A stretch of 64,000 nucleotides of DNA from an uncultured Gammaproteobacteria bacterium (GTDB lineage: Bacteria; Patescibacteriota; Patescibacteriia; UBA9934), in the NCBI GenBank assembly GCA_964355955.1, contig CAYHFQ010000001.1, positions 39,419-103,418 of the forward strand, in the 5' to 3' direction. Every line of letters begins with the position of its first letter. The stretch's first letter is position 1. Below, in pieces: positions 49,395 through 58,794 of the stretch. The translations under genes were made by a program, and so were the position numbers. Under the pieces are notes generated by a model. The model made no database searches and was not told the DNA's origin. It saw only the letters and a program-made list of their open reading frames with translations.

Positions 49395-49540
49395 TTGGAT
49401 AGTTGATCCACAGTCATTGATAACAAAATTATCGATGGCTGCAATCACTTATTCATAACACTCGGTCTGTTATTTCGACGTTAGGAGACATCTTCAGATA
49501 GATGTCAGCTATGGTCGGGATGAACAGCGAGTTCTATATT

Positions 49541-51715
49541 ATGGCAACGAACAAGTTTAGCATGGAGTACGGCGGTAAAACGCTGACGATTGAAACAGGC
49601 AAGATGGCGCAAGCGGCGAACGGCAGCTGTTTGGTGCAGTACGGCAACACGGTGGTCCTCGCCACCGCAGTGTTGGCTAAGGACAAGCGCCCAGGCCTTG
49701 GCTTCTTCCCACTGATGGTGGAGTTTGAAGAGAAGCTGTACGCCGCTGGCCGCATTAAGGGTTCACGTTTTATTAAGCGTGAGGGTCGGCCAACAGATGA
49801 AGCGGTGTTGAATGCTCGGTTTATTGACCGCGCGATTCGCCCGTTGTTCGATAAACGGATTGAACACGACGTGCAGGTGATTGTAAGCGTACTGGCCTTT
49901 GACGGCGAGAACGACGCTGACGTGCCAGGCCTGATTGCCGCCAGCTGTGCCTTGCACATGAGCGATATCCCATGGAATGGTCCGATTGCCGCAGCTCGTG
50001 TCAACGAAGCGAATGGAGAATTGATCATTAACGGCACCTACGAACAGCGTGGTGTCAGCCAGTTCGACATCGACGTTGCTGGAACACCGGAGAAGATTGT
50101 GATGATTGAAGCTGGCGCTAACCAGGTGGACGAGGAAATGGTGCTGAAGGCTTTTGAGTTTGGTAGTAAGGCGCTTGGTCCGGTAATTAAATTGATTGAG
50201 GAAGTGCGTGCGGCAGTTGGTAAAGAGAAGAAGGACTTATTTACGCCAACCACGGAAGCTGAGAAGCTCGGTCACAGTAAGCGTGAAGCGGTGAAAGAGA
50301 TGGCTTTGACCTTCTTGGAACCGGTGATTCGCGAGTTGTTCTTTGGCGCACCAAAGGCCAGCAAGACAGAACGGGCTGTGGCGCGCGATGAAGTTAAGCA
50401 CCGTTTGGCTGAGTATTTGGTAGCCCAGGGAGTGGAGTCAGCTGAGGTTGGTTACGCCGGCAGCTTGGTTTATGGTGCGATTGAGGGAGTAATTACTAAG
50501 ATGATTTTGGATGAAGGCAAGCGCGTTGACGGTCGGGCCTTGAACGAGATCCGTCCATTGTCGAGTGAGGTAGCGACGTTGCCTTGTGTGCACGGTTCCG
50601 CCTTGTTTATGCGCGGCGAAACGCAGGTGCTGTCTATTTGTACGCTTGGTGCGCCGGGCGATAAGCAGACGCTCGACGGCATGGAATTAACTGGCGAAAA
50701 GCGCTTCATGCATCACTATAACTTCCCTCCATTCTCCGTCGGCGAAGCTAAGCCACTCCGTGGTGCCAGCCGCCGCGATATTGGCCATGGTGCGCTCGCT
50801 GAAAAGGCCCTGAACTTCATGATCCCGGCGAAGGAAATCTTCCCATACTCCATTCGCGTCGTGTCGGAAGTACTGGGTAGCAACGGCAGCAGCTCCATGG
50901 GTTCAACCTGTGGTACAACGCTGGCTTTGATGGACGCTGGTGTGCCGATTTTGGCGCCAGTGGCTGGTATCGCGATGGGTTTGGCCAGTGACGGCAAGCG
51001 CAGTGTGGTGATTACCGACTTGCAGGACTTGGAAGACGGTGAGGGTGGCATGGACTTCAAGATTACTGGTACGGCCAAAGGTATTACGGCGATTCAGATG
51101 GATACTAAGACTGAAGGTTTGACTCGTGAAATCATGGCCGAAGCTGTACGCGGTGCTAAGACAGCCCGCTTGCAAGTGCTCGACGTAATGTTGGCCGCAT
51201 TGCCAGCTCCACGTAAGGAACTGTCGCCGAATGCCCCACGTATCTTGCAGTTGAAGATTAACCCAGAGAAGATTCGTGAGGTTATTGGCCCGGGCGGTAA
51301 GATGATCAACGAGATTATTGCTAAGACTGGCGTTAGTTCGATTGATATTGAACAAGACGGCTTGGTGATGATTACGGCGCTTGATGGTCCTTCTGGTGAA
51401 GCTGCGCTCAAGTGGGTGACGGATTTGACCCGTGAAGTGCAAGCCGGTGAGTTGTTTGACGGTGAAGTGGTCCGCTTGATGGAATTCGGCGCGTTTGTGC
51501 AGATTTTGCCAGGTAAGGATGGCTTGGTGCATATTTCCGAAATGGCTCCATGGCGCGTCGACAAGGTGACTGACATTGTGAAAGTTGGCGACAAGGTGAA
51601 GGTTAAGGTTATTGAAATTGATGACAAGGGCCGCACGAATTTGAGCATGAAACAGGCTGAGGGTAACGTCTACCCAGAACGCCCAGCGGCCGCGGCACCG
51701 ACTACTAAACGATAA
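49541..51715 (+). CDS. pnp: Polyribonucleotide nucleotidyltransferase
   Basis: FIKREGRP, HHYNFPPFSVGE, SNGSSSMGS, DFK, KH and S1 domains. Confidence 0.98.
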   Translation: MATNKFSMEYGGKTLTIETGKMAQAANGSCLVQYGNTVVLATAVLAKDKRPGLGFFPLMVEFEEKLYAAGRIKGSRFIKREGRPTDEAVLNARFIDRAIRPLFDKRIEHDVQVIVSVLAFDGENDADVPGLIAASCALHMSDIPWNGPIAAARVNEANGELIINGTYEQRGVSQFDIDVAGTPEKIVMIEAGANQVDEEMVLKAFEFGSKALGPVIKLIEEVRAAVGKEKKDLFTPTTEAEKLGHSKREAVKEMALTFLEPVIRELFFGAPKASKTERAVARDEVKHRLAEYLVAQGVESAEVGYAGSLVYGAIEGVITKMILDEGKRVDGRALNEIRPLSSEVATLPCVHGSALFMRGETQVLSICTLGAPGDKQTLDGMELTGEKRFMHHYNFPPFSVGEAKPLRGASRRDIGHGALAEKALNFMIPAKEIFPYSIRVVSEVLGSNGSSSMGSTCGTTLALMDAGVPILAPVAGIAMGLASDGKRSVVITDLQDLEDGEGGMDFKITGTAKGITAIQMDTKTEGLTREIMAEAVRGAKTARLQVLDVMLAALPAPRKELSPNAPRILQLKINPEKIREVIGPGGKMINEIIAKTGVSSIDIEQDGLVMITALDGPSGEAALKWVTDLTREVQAGELFDGEVVRLMEFGAFVQILPGKDGLVHISEMAPWRVDKVTDIVKVGDKVKVKVIEIDDKGRTNLSMKQAEGNVYPERPAAAAPTTKR

Positions 51716-51719
51716 GAAT

Positions 51720-52961
51720 GTGCCAGGAGCGCTAAACATTCCTCTTGAGGGACAAATAACAACCCGGCATGATTACGCTCGGGTTGTTGCCCTTTATAGT
51801 GCGCTTGCGTTAGGCTTAGTGGTCGGAATTGTGGCTTGGCGAGCCCAGTACGTAGTTTCTCCGACCTTACGGTATCAGCCAAAGGACACAGCAATGAGTA
51901 TTCATTTACTGGTGACACCGAAGAATAGGCGGATAATAACCGAGCATTTGAATGGATTAGCTGTAATTGCTGGATCACCAGTATCGCTCGGTGAAATAAT
52001 CGATGTAAGCAAGAGGGAAGTAACATTCAATATTGGTAACGACGGCTCGGTTAGTTACGTTGTCGATACCGTACTAAATGAAGAGAGTAGCAAGAGCTTA
52101 GAGGGTTTCGGCTATAAAACTAGCGTTCATGGCGGTACAACGGTGATAACGAGGAACAACAAGGAGGTGATCGATACTGGTACCCATGTGACTTTACGTG
52201 CTTTGTCGCCGTTTTTTCAGGGTGAAGTGGTTACGAATGGAGCTGAGGCGGCTCGCGAGCCGCTGCATATAAGCGCTAAGGGAATCACTATTCGAGGAAC
52301 GGATGTGGCGACCGATGATGCAATGATGCCGATGATCAGTGCAGATGCTAAGGTTTTAGCTAATTTAACTGTGCCAGCTAATTCGTTACAGTTGCCGAGC
52401 ATGATCGCCACGCTCTTGCCGATACCAGCAGATAGCCGAGCATTAACAATGTTACTGGCGAATGGTGGGTCGATTCTATTAACCGAGGATGCGGCAGGCC
52501 TGGGCTATTATTTGAGCTTTGGGCCAGGTGATATGACGGTTGACGAAGCTGCTAACCTTGGTAAGGATATGATGAATAGGGTGAGCTTGGCTACGCTAGC
52601 GTGGACAACTAGTGATGGAACGAGCTATAACGAGCTGAGAAGTAACCCGGCTGATATCACGACTGAGATTAAAGCCGAGGAGACCTATACCTTCATTACC
52701 CTGACTAATAGAGCTGGAGAGACTTTACGGATTGCTAAGACACCAAGCTTGATAACCGTAGCTAATCGCGAAATTTCTTTAGAAAATGGGGCTAGGCCAG
52801 CGTCGACCTGCTTAAATAATGCGCATACCTGGTTCGCGACTTCACTGATTACCGAGCAGGCACCGACAATGCTTCTGAACAATAATCGTGCAGCGTCACT
52901 GTTCTTAAAAAACTTCAGTGAAGTGGCCATAAATAACAATCAGACTAAACTTTGTTGGTAA
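51720..52961 (+). CDS. Hypothetical membrane-anchored protein
   Basis: 413-aa ORF with one N-terminal TM; start uncertain. Confidence 0.7.
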   Translation: MPGALNIPLEGQITTRHDYARVVALYSALALGLVVGIVAWRAQYVVSPTLRYQPKDTAMSIHLLVTPKNRRIITEHLNGLAVIAGSPVSLGEIIDVSKREVTFNIGNDGSVSYVVDTVLNEESSKSLEGFGYKTSVHGGTTVITRNNKEVIDTGTHVTLRALSPFFQGEVVTNGAEAAREPLHISAKGITIRGTDVATDDAMMPMISADAKVLANLTVPANSLQLPSMIATLLPIPADSRALTMLLANGGSILLTEDAAGLGYYLSFGPGDMTVDEAANLGKDMMNRVSLATLAWTTSDGTSYNELRSNPADITTEIKAEETYTFITLTNRAGETLRIAKTPSLITVANREISLENGARPASTCLNNAHTWFATSLITEQAPTMLLNNNRAASLFLKNFSEVAINNNQTKLCW

Positions 52962-52973
52962 AAAAGTGAGAGA

Positions 52974-53045
52974 GGGGGATAAGTGCTGTTATCCCCACAA
53001 GTTATCCACAGGGGTATACAGAATTAGTTCAGAAAGTTATCCACA
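52974..53045. promoter_or_regulatory. DnaA-box cluster
   Basis: TTATCCACA at 53002 and 53037, TTATCCCCA at 52989, GGGGGATAA at 52974. Confidence 0.75.
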
Positions 53046-53083
53046 AATAGAGATTTTCCTTATTTTGCAGGGCTTGTAGGCTG

Positions 53084-53112
53084 TTTACAATAGGTGTTCA
53101 GGGAACTATAAT
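53084..53112 (+). promoter_or_regulatory. Sigma70 promoter TTTACA-N17-TATAAT
   Basis: Near-perfect consensus. Confidence 0.8.
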
Positions 53113-53118
53113 ATTAAT

Positions 53119-53520
53119 GTGAACTTCTCACTTGTTCTTTCCACAAAACCTCTAAGCTCCGTGCGAAGCATCGTACGGCTGACATAGGGGAAGTCCTCCG
53201 AAGCCCCCACAATTTAGCTTCGGGGGATACCTCACTACTTTACTCTCATACTATTGGTCGACTGGGCTCGCGTCTTGTATGCGTCCGGCATGCCAGGGAA
53301 CCCTATCGGGGTAGAGTAGAACGTCAAAGCGTCTGACTGTCGACGCCGATCTGAGGCTGCGTTGCCCGGTGATGTCTCTAAGAATGAGATATGACCTGGA
53401 AACCCAGCAACAGAGCCGGTGTCCATCACACGCCCTCGTCTGAGGGACATAAGCCAATCTGTTGAGCCAGGACATCATCGTAGATTTATTCTATCTTTCC
53501 TAGGCCTCGCGCCTCAACAC
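53119..53520 (+). ncRNA. Candidate large structured non-coding RNA or leader, family unidentified
   Basis: Promoter upstream, no credible ORF, several helices with G-U pairs on the + strand. Confidence 0.55.
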
Positions 53521-53601
53521 TTTTCTCGCTTATCTCCCTCTTTTCTTTTCCCCAAATTTTGCTATAGTAGCCAGCACTTAAAGGCATCTGATTTTAACCG
53601 T

Positions 53602-53967
53602 ATGGACAAGACACTTTTGGCTCAATTGACCGAGGCTTTGAAGACTGAAAAGGCTAAGCTCGAAGCAGAAATTGCGAAGATTGCGCATCGTGGCGTAGAC
53701 GGCGCAGTAGCAACTGATTTTCCGGATCATGGCGATAGTGAAGACGAGAATGCGGCCGAGGTGGCTGAGTTCAGCGACAACTTGTCATTAGAAAGTGAAC
53801 TTGAAGATGGCTTGAAAGATATTAAGTCGGCTTTGAAGGCGATTGAAAACGGTACCTACGGCCAGTGTAAGTACTGCAAACAAGTAATTGATGTGCAACG
53901 CTTGCTGGCGCGCCCAACGAGCACTTCGTGTATTGCTTGTAAGAAGACGCTCACCCAGGAAGTTTAG
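53602..53967 (+). CDS. TraR/DksA C4-type zinc finger protein
   Basis: Coiled coil, AL..IE.GTYG.CKYC...I...RL.ARP....CIAC. Confidence 0.92.
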   Translation: MDKTLLAQLTEALKTEKAKLEAEIAKIAHRGVDGAVATDFPDHGDSEDENAAEVAEFSDNLSLESELEDGLKDIKSALKAIENGTYGQCKYCKQVIDVQRLLARPTSTSCIACKKTLTQEV

Positions 53968-54035
53968 AACAAGAAGACCTGCGAATGATCGCGGGTCTTT
54001 TGTTTGGAGGGAGGGTAAGGTATTATTCGATCATT

Positions 54036-54458
54036 ATGGATCAAGCAGTAATTAAACTAGGTGCAGGCTGCGTAGTTATTAAGGATGGAATGACGTTGTT
54101 AGCCAAGAGAAAAGGTAAATTCGCAACTGGCATGTGGGGTAGCATGGGCGGTCATGTTGAGTTTGGCGAAAGCCCGACTGAGGCCGCAATTCGCGAGGCT
54201 AAAGAAGAGTTGGGAATTGAGGTTGGCAATTTAGAATTTGTGCAGTGCATGAGCATGATGCACGATGGTAAACATTATTTGGATGTTTCGTTTAAGGCCG
54301 ATATCATCAGCGGTGAACCGACTATCATGGAGCCGGATAAGATCGCGGAAATCGGCTGGTTCCCGCTAACTAATTTGCCTTCGCCGATGTTTCCGCCGGT
54401 GTCGACGGTGTTGGATGCGATTACGAGTGGGAATAAGTACCTGGAGATAAGGGAATAA
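54036..54458 (+). CDS. NUDIX hydrolase
   Basis: GGHVEFGESPTEAAIREAKEELG Nudix box. Confidence 0.93.
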   Translation: MDQAVIKLGAGCVVIKDGMTLLAKRKGKFATGMWGSMGGHVEFGESPTEAAIREAKEELGIEVGNLEFVQCMSMMHDGKHYLDVSFKADIISGEPTIMEPDKIAEIGWFPLTNLPSPMFPPVSTVLDAITSGNKYLEIRE

Positions 54459-54534
54459 ACCTATGCGGGATAGGATTCCGAAGATTGAGGAAAAGTGAGG
54501 ATTTGATGGGAGAGTTATTCTTGATGAGGCCTAT

Positions 54535-54900
54535 ATGATTGTCTTTGTAGCAAGTTCAAGAAAATATTATGACCGGGTAAAGATGCTTAAAGCAGAGCTC
54601 GATAAGTTTGACGTTAAGGGTTATTATCCGTACTTTGATTTACCAGATATTGAGGGTGATGACGAAAGGAAGAAGCAGGTGACTCTGCAGCATTTTCCTG
54701 AGATTGATCAGGTTGATACTTTGTATATTGTTGCTCCGGCTGGATATGTTGGTTATTCGGTGACGATTGAGACGGCCTATGCTTATGCTAAAGGCAAACG
54801 GATTATTAGTTCAGAGCCGATAACTGAATTTGCGGTGAGAGCGCTGGTGTCGGAGGTGATGACGCCTGATGAGTTCGTAGCTAGCGCGGGACGACGTTGA
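54535..54900 (+). CDS. Hypothetical protein, nucleoside 2-deoxyribosyltransferase-like fold possible
   Basis: IDQVDTLYIV...GYVGYSVTIETAYAYAKGK.I pattern. Confidence 0.65.
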   Translation: MIVFVASSRKYYDRVKMLKAELDKFDVKGYYPYFDLPDIEGDDERKKQVTLQHFPEIDQVDTLYIVAPAGYVGYSVTIETAYAYAKGKRIISSEPITEFAVRALVSEVMTPDEFVASAGRR

Positions 54901-54925
54901 ACGTCGTCCATGACCTATATTTATT

Positions 54926-55375
54926 ATGCGCAAGCCAGTTTTGATTATTTTAATAGCGGGGATTATCGAGATTGTCGATGTAGTTTTTAAAGCGGCGGCG
55001 ATTCGCGGTTTCAAACCTGATAGCGAAGTACTGAGCTGGCCGGTGGATTTGGCGCTGCATAAGAATCCGGGGATAACGGGGGATACAATGATTCCGCTCT
55101 TCATTGTGATACCGCTGACGATTATTGTGATTGGTTTTTTAGTGAGGTTTGCGTGGATGAAGAGAAAGATGAACGTGATGCAAGCAGCGGGAGCAAGTGT
55201 CGTGGTGATTGGGGCGATGGGTAACCTCGTCGATAGAGTCGTGAATGGATTTACGACGGATTATCTGATATTTTTTAGATTATCGGCGATCAATTTATCA
55301 GATATCCTCATAGTAGCTGGCGCGATTATTTTAATCGTTTATAATAAGTCCATTCCCCAGTCGACGAAACAGTGA
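54926..55375 (+). CDS. lspA: Signal peptidase II
   Basis: D..FK, NPG, GAMGNLVDR...GFTTDY, NLSD. Confidence 0.88.
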   Translation: MRKPVLIILIAGIIEIVDVVFKAAAIRGFKPDSEVLSWPVDLALHKNPGITGDTMIPLFIVIPLTIIVIGFLVRFAWMKRKMNVMQAAGASVVVIGAMGNLVDRVVNGFTTDYLIFFRLSAINLSDILIVAGAIILIVYNKSIPQSTKQ

Positions 55376-55498
55376 AAACTTCCCCAGTCGGTCTATTTTC
55401 AACTCACATCTGCACAAACTTTCTCACCGTAGCACTAACTACGCCTCGAAAGCTTTGTTTGCTGTTCATTGAAACTAGCCTCAACTGGAAAAGTTTTC
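55374..55498 (-). repeat. ~110-nt hairpin repeat, copy C
   Basis: Homologous to 35263-35387 with compensatory stem changes. Confidence 0.8.
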
Positions 55499-55528
55499 TT
55501 ATAATTCTCTCCCCGTAATTAATACAAT

Positions 55529-57058
55529 ATGGGGTCTGCTTGTAGTTATGCGTCAGCGTTACTGGGTTTAACAGCACAAACGATACGAGTTGAGGCGGAT
55601 ATTACATCGGGGCTGCCGAAGTTCCTGATTGTCGGTCTGCCAGATACGGCGGTGAATGAATCGCGGGAGAGAGTGAGAGCAGCAATCAAGAATAGTGGCC
55701 TAAAGTTTCCGCGGACACACATTACGATTAATTTGGCGCCGGCGGATGTGAAGAAACAAGGGCCAGCTTATGATTTGGCGATTGCGGTGGCGGTGCTGGC
55801 GGCGCATGGTCATTTCGAGACACCGATCAAGTTAAGTGATTATGTGTTCTTGGGTGAATTAGCGCTTGATGGACGAGTTTGCCCAGTAAGAGGGGCGTTG
55901 CTCGCGGCTATGATGGCCAAAGCACAGGGGTTTAAGGGGATTATCGTCGCCAAGGAAAATGCGGATGAGGCGGCGTTAGTAGCTGACTTGCCGGTGCACC
56001 CGGTGGCGACGCTCGAGGAGTGTTTAGTGTGTTTGGAGGGGATCGATAAGTCGTTTACCACACAGATCAGCCAGCCGGCCGTAGCGACGGAGACTCAACC
56101 AGCGGACGACATGCATAATATTCGCGGACAAGCGCAAGTTAAACGAGCAATGGAAATTGCGGCGGCTGGAGGACATAATATCCTGCTGTCTGGTACACCG
56201 GGTAGTGGCAAGACGATGCTGGCCCGAGCACTGCCGTCGATTCTGCCGACGCTGACGTTTAGCGAAGCGCTCGAGATTACGATGATTCATTCCGTGGCGG
56301 GAACACTTGATGGAGCGAGGGCGTTGGCGGCAGCACGACCATTTCGCAGTCCGCACCATACGAGTTCGGGTACAGCGTTGGTTGGTGGTGGAGCGTGGCC
56401 GAAGCCGGGCGAAGTGTCGCTAGCACACCGCGGCGTGTTGTTTCTGGATGAGTTTCCAGAGTTTTCGCGGACGGTACTCGAAAACTTGCGGCAGCCACTC
56501 GAGGATGGCGTGGTGACAATTTCGCGAGCAGCGGGGACATTAGAATTTCCGGCGCGATTTATGTTGGTGGCGGCCATGAATCCGTGCCCCTGTGGCTTCC
56601 TGAATGACCCAGGACGGGCCTGCACCTGCAATCCGCACCAGATACTCAAGTACCAACAAAAAATCTCCGGGCCGCTGCTCGACCGTATTGATATGTGTTG
56701 CGAAGTGCCGCGCGTCGACTTTGCTAAGTTGACGAGTCGCGAGAACGAAGAATCGTCAGGTGACATTCGAGAACGAGTACAGGCTGCCCGAGATGTGCAA
56801 ACGCAAAGATTCGTGGGCAGCAATGTGCACACGAATGCTGAGCTGCGGTCACAATTACTGCGGGAACACTGTGTGCTCGACGAAGAGAGTAATAACTTAA
56901 TGAAGCACGCCGTCGATAGGTTGGCGATGAGCGCTCGAGGTTATACGCGAGTGTTGCGAGTGGCGAGAACGATTGCGGATTTAGCGGGGGTGTCGATTAT
57001 TACGGCAGGGCATATTGCCGAGGCGTTGCAATACAGGCCCAGGACGGCGGTGCAATGA
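55529..57058 (+). CDS. comM: YifB/ComM Mg-chelatase-like AAA+ ATPase
   Basis: VGLPDTAVNESRERVR, GTPGSGKT, FRSPHH, LAHRGVLFLDE, AMNPCPCG. Confidence 0.96.
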   Translation: MGSACSYASALLGLTAQTIRVEADITSGLPKFLIVGLPDTAVNESRERVRAAIKNSGLKFPRTHITINLAPADVKKQGPAYDLAIAVAVLAAHGHFETPIKLSDYVFLGELALDGRVCPVRGALLAAMMAKAQGFKGIIVAKENADEAALVADLPVHPVATLEECLVCLEGIDKSFTTQISQPAVATETQPADDMHNIRGQAQVKRAMEIAAAGGHNILLSGTPGSGKTMLARALPSILPTLTFSEALEITMIHSVAGTLDGARALAAARPFRSPHHTSSGTALVGGGAWPKPGEVSLAHRGVLFLDEFPEFSRTVLENLRQPLEDGVVTISRAAGTLEFPARFMLVAAMNPCPCGFLNDPGRACTCNPHQILKYQQKISGPLLDRIDMCCEVPRVDFAKLTSRENEESSGDIRERVQAARDVQTQRFVGSNVHTNAELRSQLLREHCVLDEESNNLMKHAVDRLAMSARGYTRVLRVARTIADLAGVSIITAGHIAEALQYRPRTAVQ

Positions 57059-57060
57059 AG

Positions 57061-57250
57061 TTGTCGCTCGCAACCGCCCTGCTTCTCGTTTGGCCATCGT
57101 CGGGTCCTGCCGACTGCGGACCCCATTGGGTGCTCACTAGCGTTGCGCGCCCAATAGGGGACCCCCCTCCGTGTCACCCGACTAGAGGAAGTTGTATACG
57201 AGGCCTTCTCTCGAAGCAGTGCGGCTGCTCGCTCCTACAAGGCTCAGGCT
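57061..57250. repeat. Long imperfect palindromic intergenic element
   Basis: Arms GCAACCGCCCTGCTTC / GAAGCAGTGCGGCTGC with nested inner stems. Confidence 0.5.
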
Positions 57251-57260
57251 GCTAAAAAGT

Positions 57261-58649
57261 TTAGCGAAGATACTCGAGGGGGTTGCGGAAGTCGTGACGT
57301 CCGCCCTGGCCGATGACTTCGAAGTGCAAGTGAGTACCAGTTGAGGTGCCGGTTGAGCCACAGCGACCAAGTGGGGCGCCGGCGGTGACGGTTTGACCGG
57401 TTTTAACGTAAAGAGAGTAATGGTGACCGTAACGCGTCATAAGGCCATTAGCGTGCTGAATTTCTACGGTGTTGCCGTAGCCATTGCGCCAGCCAGCATA
57501 AGAGACGACACCGTCCATAGCGGCATAGTTATCGTTTGTTGAGGTGCCGTTACTGTGGCCATTACAATCGACGTCGAGGCCAGAGTGAGACCAGCTGAGG
57601 CCACGAACGATGTAGGTGAGATCGGTCGGCCAGAGCATTTTAGCGCCAGCGTAACGGGCTGTGGAAGGCTTGGCAGTAGTCGGTACGGCGGTAAGTACGC
57701 GGCCGGCGGTGCTCGTTTTGACGGCAGGAGCAACGTAAAGGGCTGAGCCGCCAGGAATAATGACCTGCTGACCAACGGTTAAGGTACCACTAGCGTCTAG
57801 CTTGTTGAAGGCGATAATTTTGCTTTGATCGACGCTGTAAAGCTTAGCAATGCGCGCGATAGTGTCGCCCTTCTTAACGGTGGCAGCGATACCGGAGACA
57901 GGCAGAATGGTGAGCGACTGACCAGGTTTAACGAGTGAACGAGAAGTTAGCTTATTAGCCCACAGCAAAGTGTTGAGACTGATGCCGTAACGGGAAGCGA
58001 TAGTCGACAAGGTGTCGCCGCTGCCAACAATATAGGTTTCAATCTTTTCGCGCGGAGCCACGCTAGCACTGCCGTCGGCGATAGTAAGAGCGGAAAGGGA
58101 ACTGCTACCAACGACCATGGAGCTTGGCACCTGTTCGTAACCAATGAGGGTATTGGCATCGAGTGATGGGGTAAGCGTGCTGCCAGCCAGGTATTTAACA
58201 GGAGCTGAGGCGCTGATGTGGGTGACGTTGGCGTATTCGTCGGTTAGCTGCTCGGAGTGTTGGGTGACCAAACCGTACATAAGACTGCGTTGGCCGTAGG
58301 TTTCGGCCCGAACGGTGCCCAATTGGAAATTAACAACACCAGCCACGACAGCAATAACTACAGCCACAATGTGGAGCATGTGACGGTTAGCCAGGGCGTA
58401 CATGAACTTGTTTTTGGCGGGGCGGTACCAGTGCTCGAGGCGACGGCGGAGAAGATAAAGACCATGATAAACAGGAACAACAAGATGGGGGAGGACAACC
58501 CGGCCGACGGCTAGAAAGGGCCGAGCGACTACTTTAAGGCTGCGCAAACCAAGGGACTTCGTACGCACTAAAATGCGAACGACGACTAAACTGCCACGGA
58601 CAAAGATGTTCTTGATAGTAGGAATATGCCTAGGGGTCAAGAATAACAA
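57261..58649 (-). CDS. LysM/M23 peptidoglycan endopeptidase
   Basis: Two LysM repeats, HSGLD, YGH, STGTHLHFEV. Confidence 0.93.
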   Translation of the reverse strand: MLFLTPRHIPTIKNIFVRGSLVVVRILVRTKSLGLRSLKVVARPFLAVGRVVLPHLVVPVYHGLYLLRRRLEHWYRPAKNKFMYALANRHMLHIVAVVIAVVAGVVNFQLGTVRAETYGQRSLMYGLVTQHSEQLTDEYANVTHISASAPVKYLAGSTLTPSLDANTLIGYEQVPSSMVVGSSSLSALTIADGSASVAPREKIETYIVGSGDTLSTIASRYGISLNTLLWANKLTSRSLVKPGQSLTILPVSGIAATVKKGDTIARIAKLYSVDQSKIIAFNKLDASGTLTVGQQVIIPGGSALYVAPAVKTSTAGRVLTAVPTTAKPSTARYAGAKMLWPTDLTYIVRGLSWSHSGLDVDCNGHSNGTSTNDNYAAMDGVVSYAGWRNGYGNTVEIQHANGLMTRYGHHYSLYVKTGQTVTAGAPLGRCGSTGTSTGTHLHFEVIGQGGRHDFRNPLEYLR

Positions 58650-58733
58650 CCTATAGAATAGCTCGAAAGCCGTGGGTGGTCAAAGTAGCTCGTTCGAAAG
58701 TGAAAAATAATTTTGCTAACTGTAGCAAAAGAA

Positions 58734-58762
58734 TTGACACATTTTGTCAAGCTGACTATACT
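58734..58762 (+). promoter_or_regulatory. tig promoter TTGACA-N17-TATACT
   Basis: Near-perfect consensus. Confidence 0.8.
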
Positions 58763-58794
58763 CTGGCGACTTAGAATCAGCTGAAATTTTCTTT

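Noticed and set aside
53119-53520. RNase P RNA, tmRNA or group II intron
   Set aside because: GGGGAAGTCC resembles RNase P CR-I but no CR-V follows on that strand; no tRNA-like ends; the domain-V-like hairpin near 53155-53181 does not fit the consensus
53419-53601. N-terminal extensions in the ORF track (DksA-like gene; also rpsF, kinase, holA, polA, NYN)
   Set aside because: They run through promoter or leader DNA; downstream ATGs match the family N-termini
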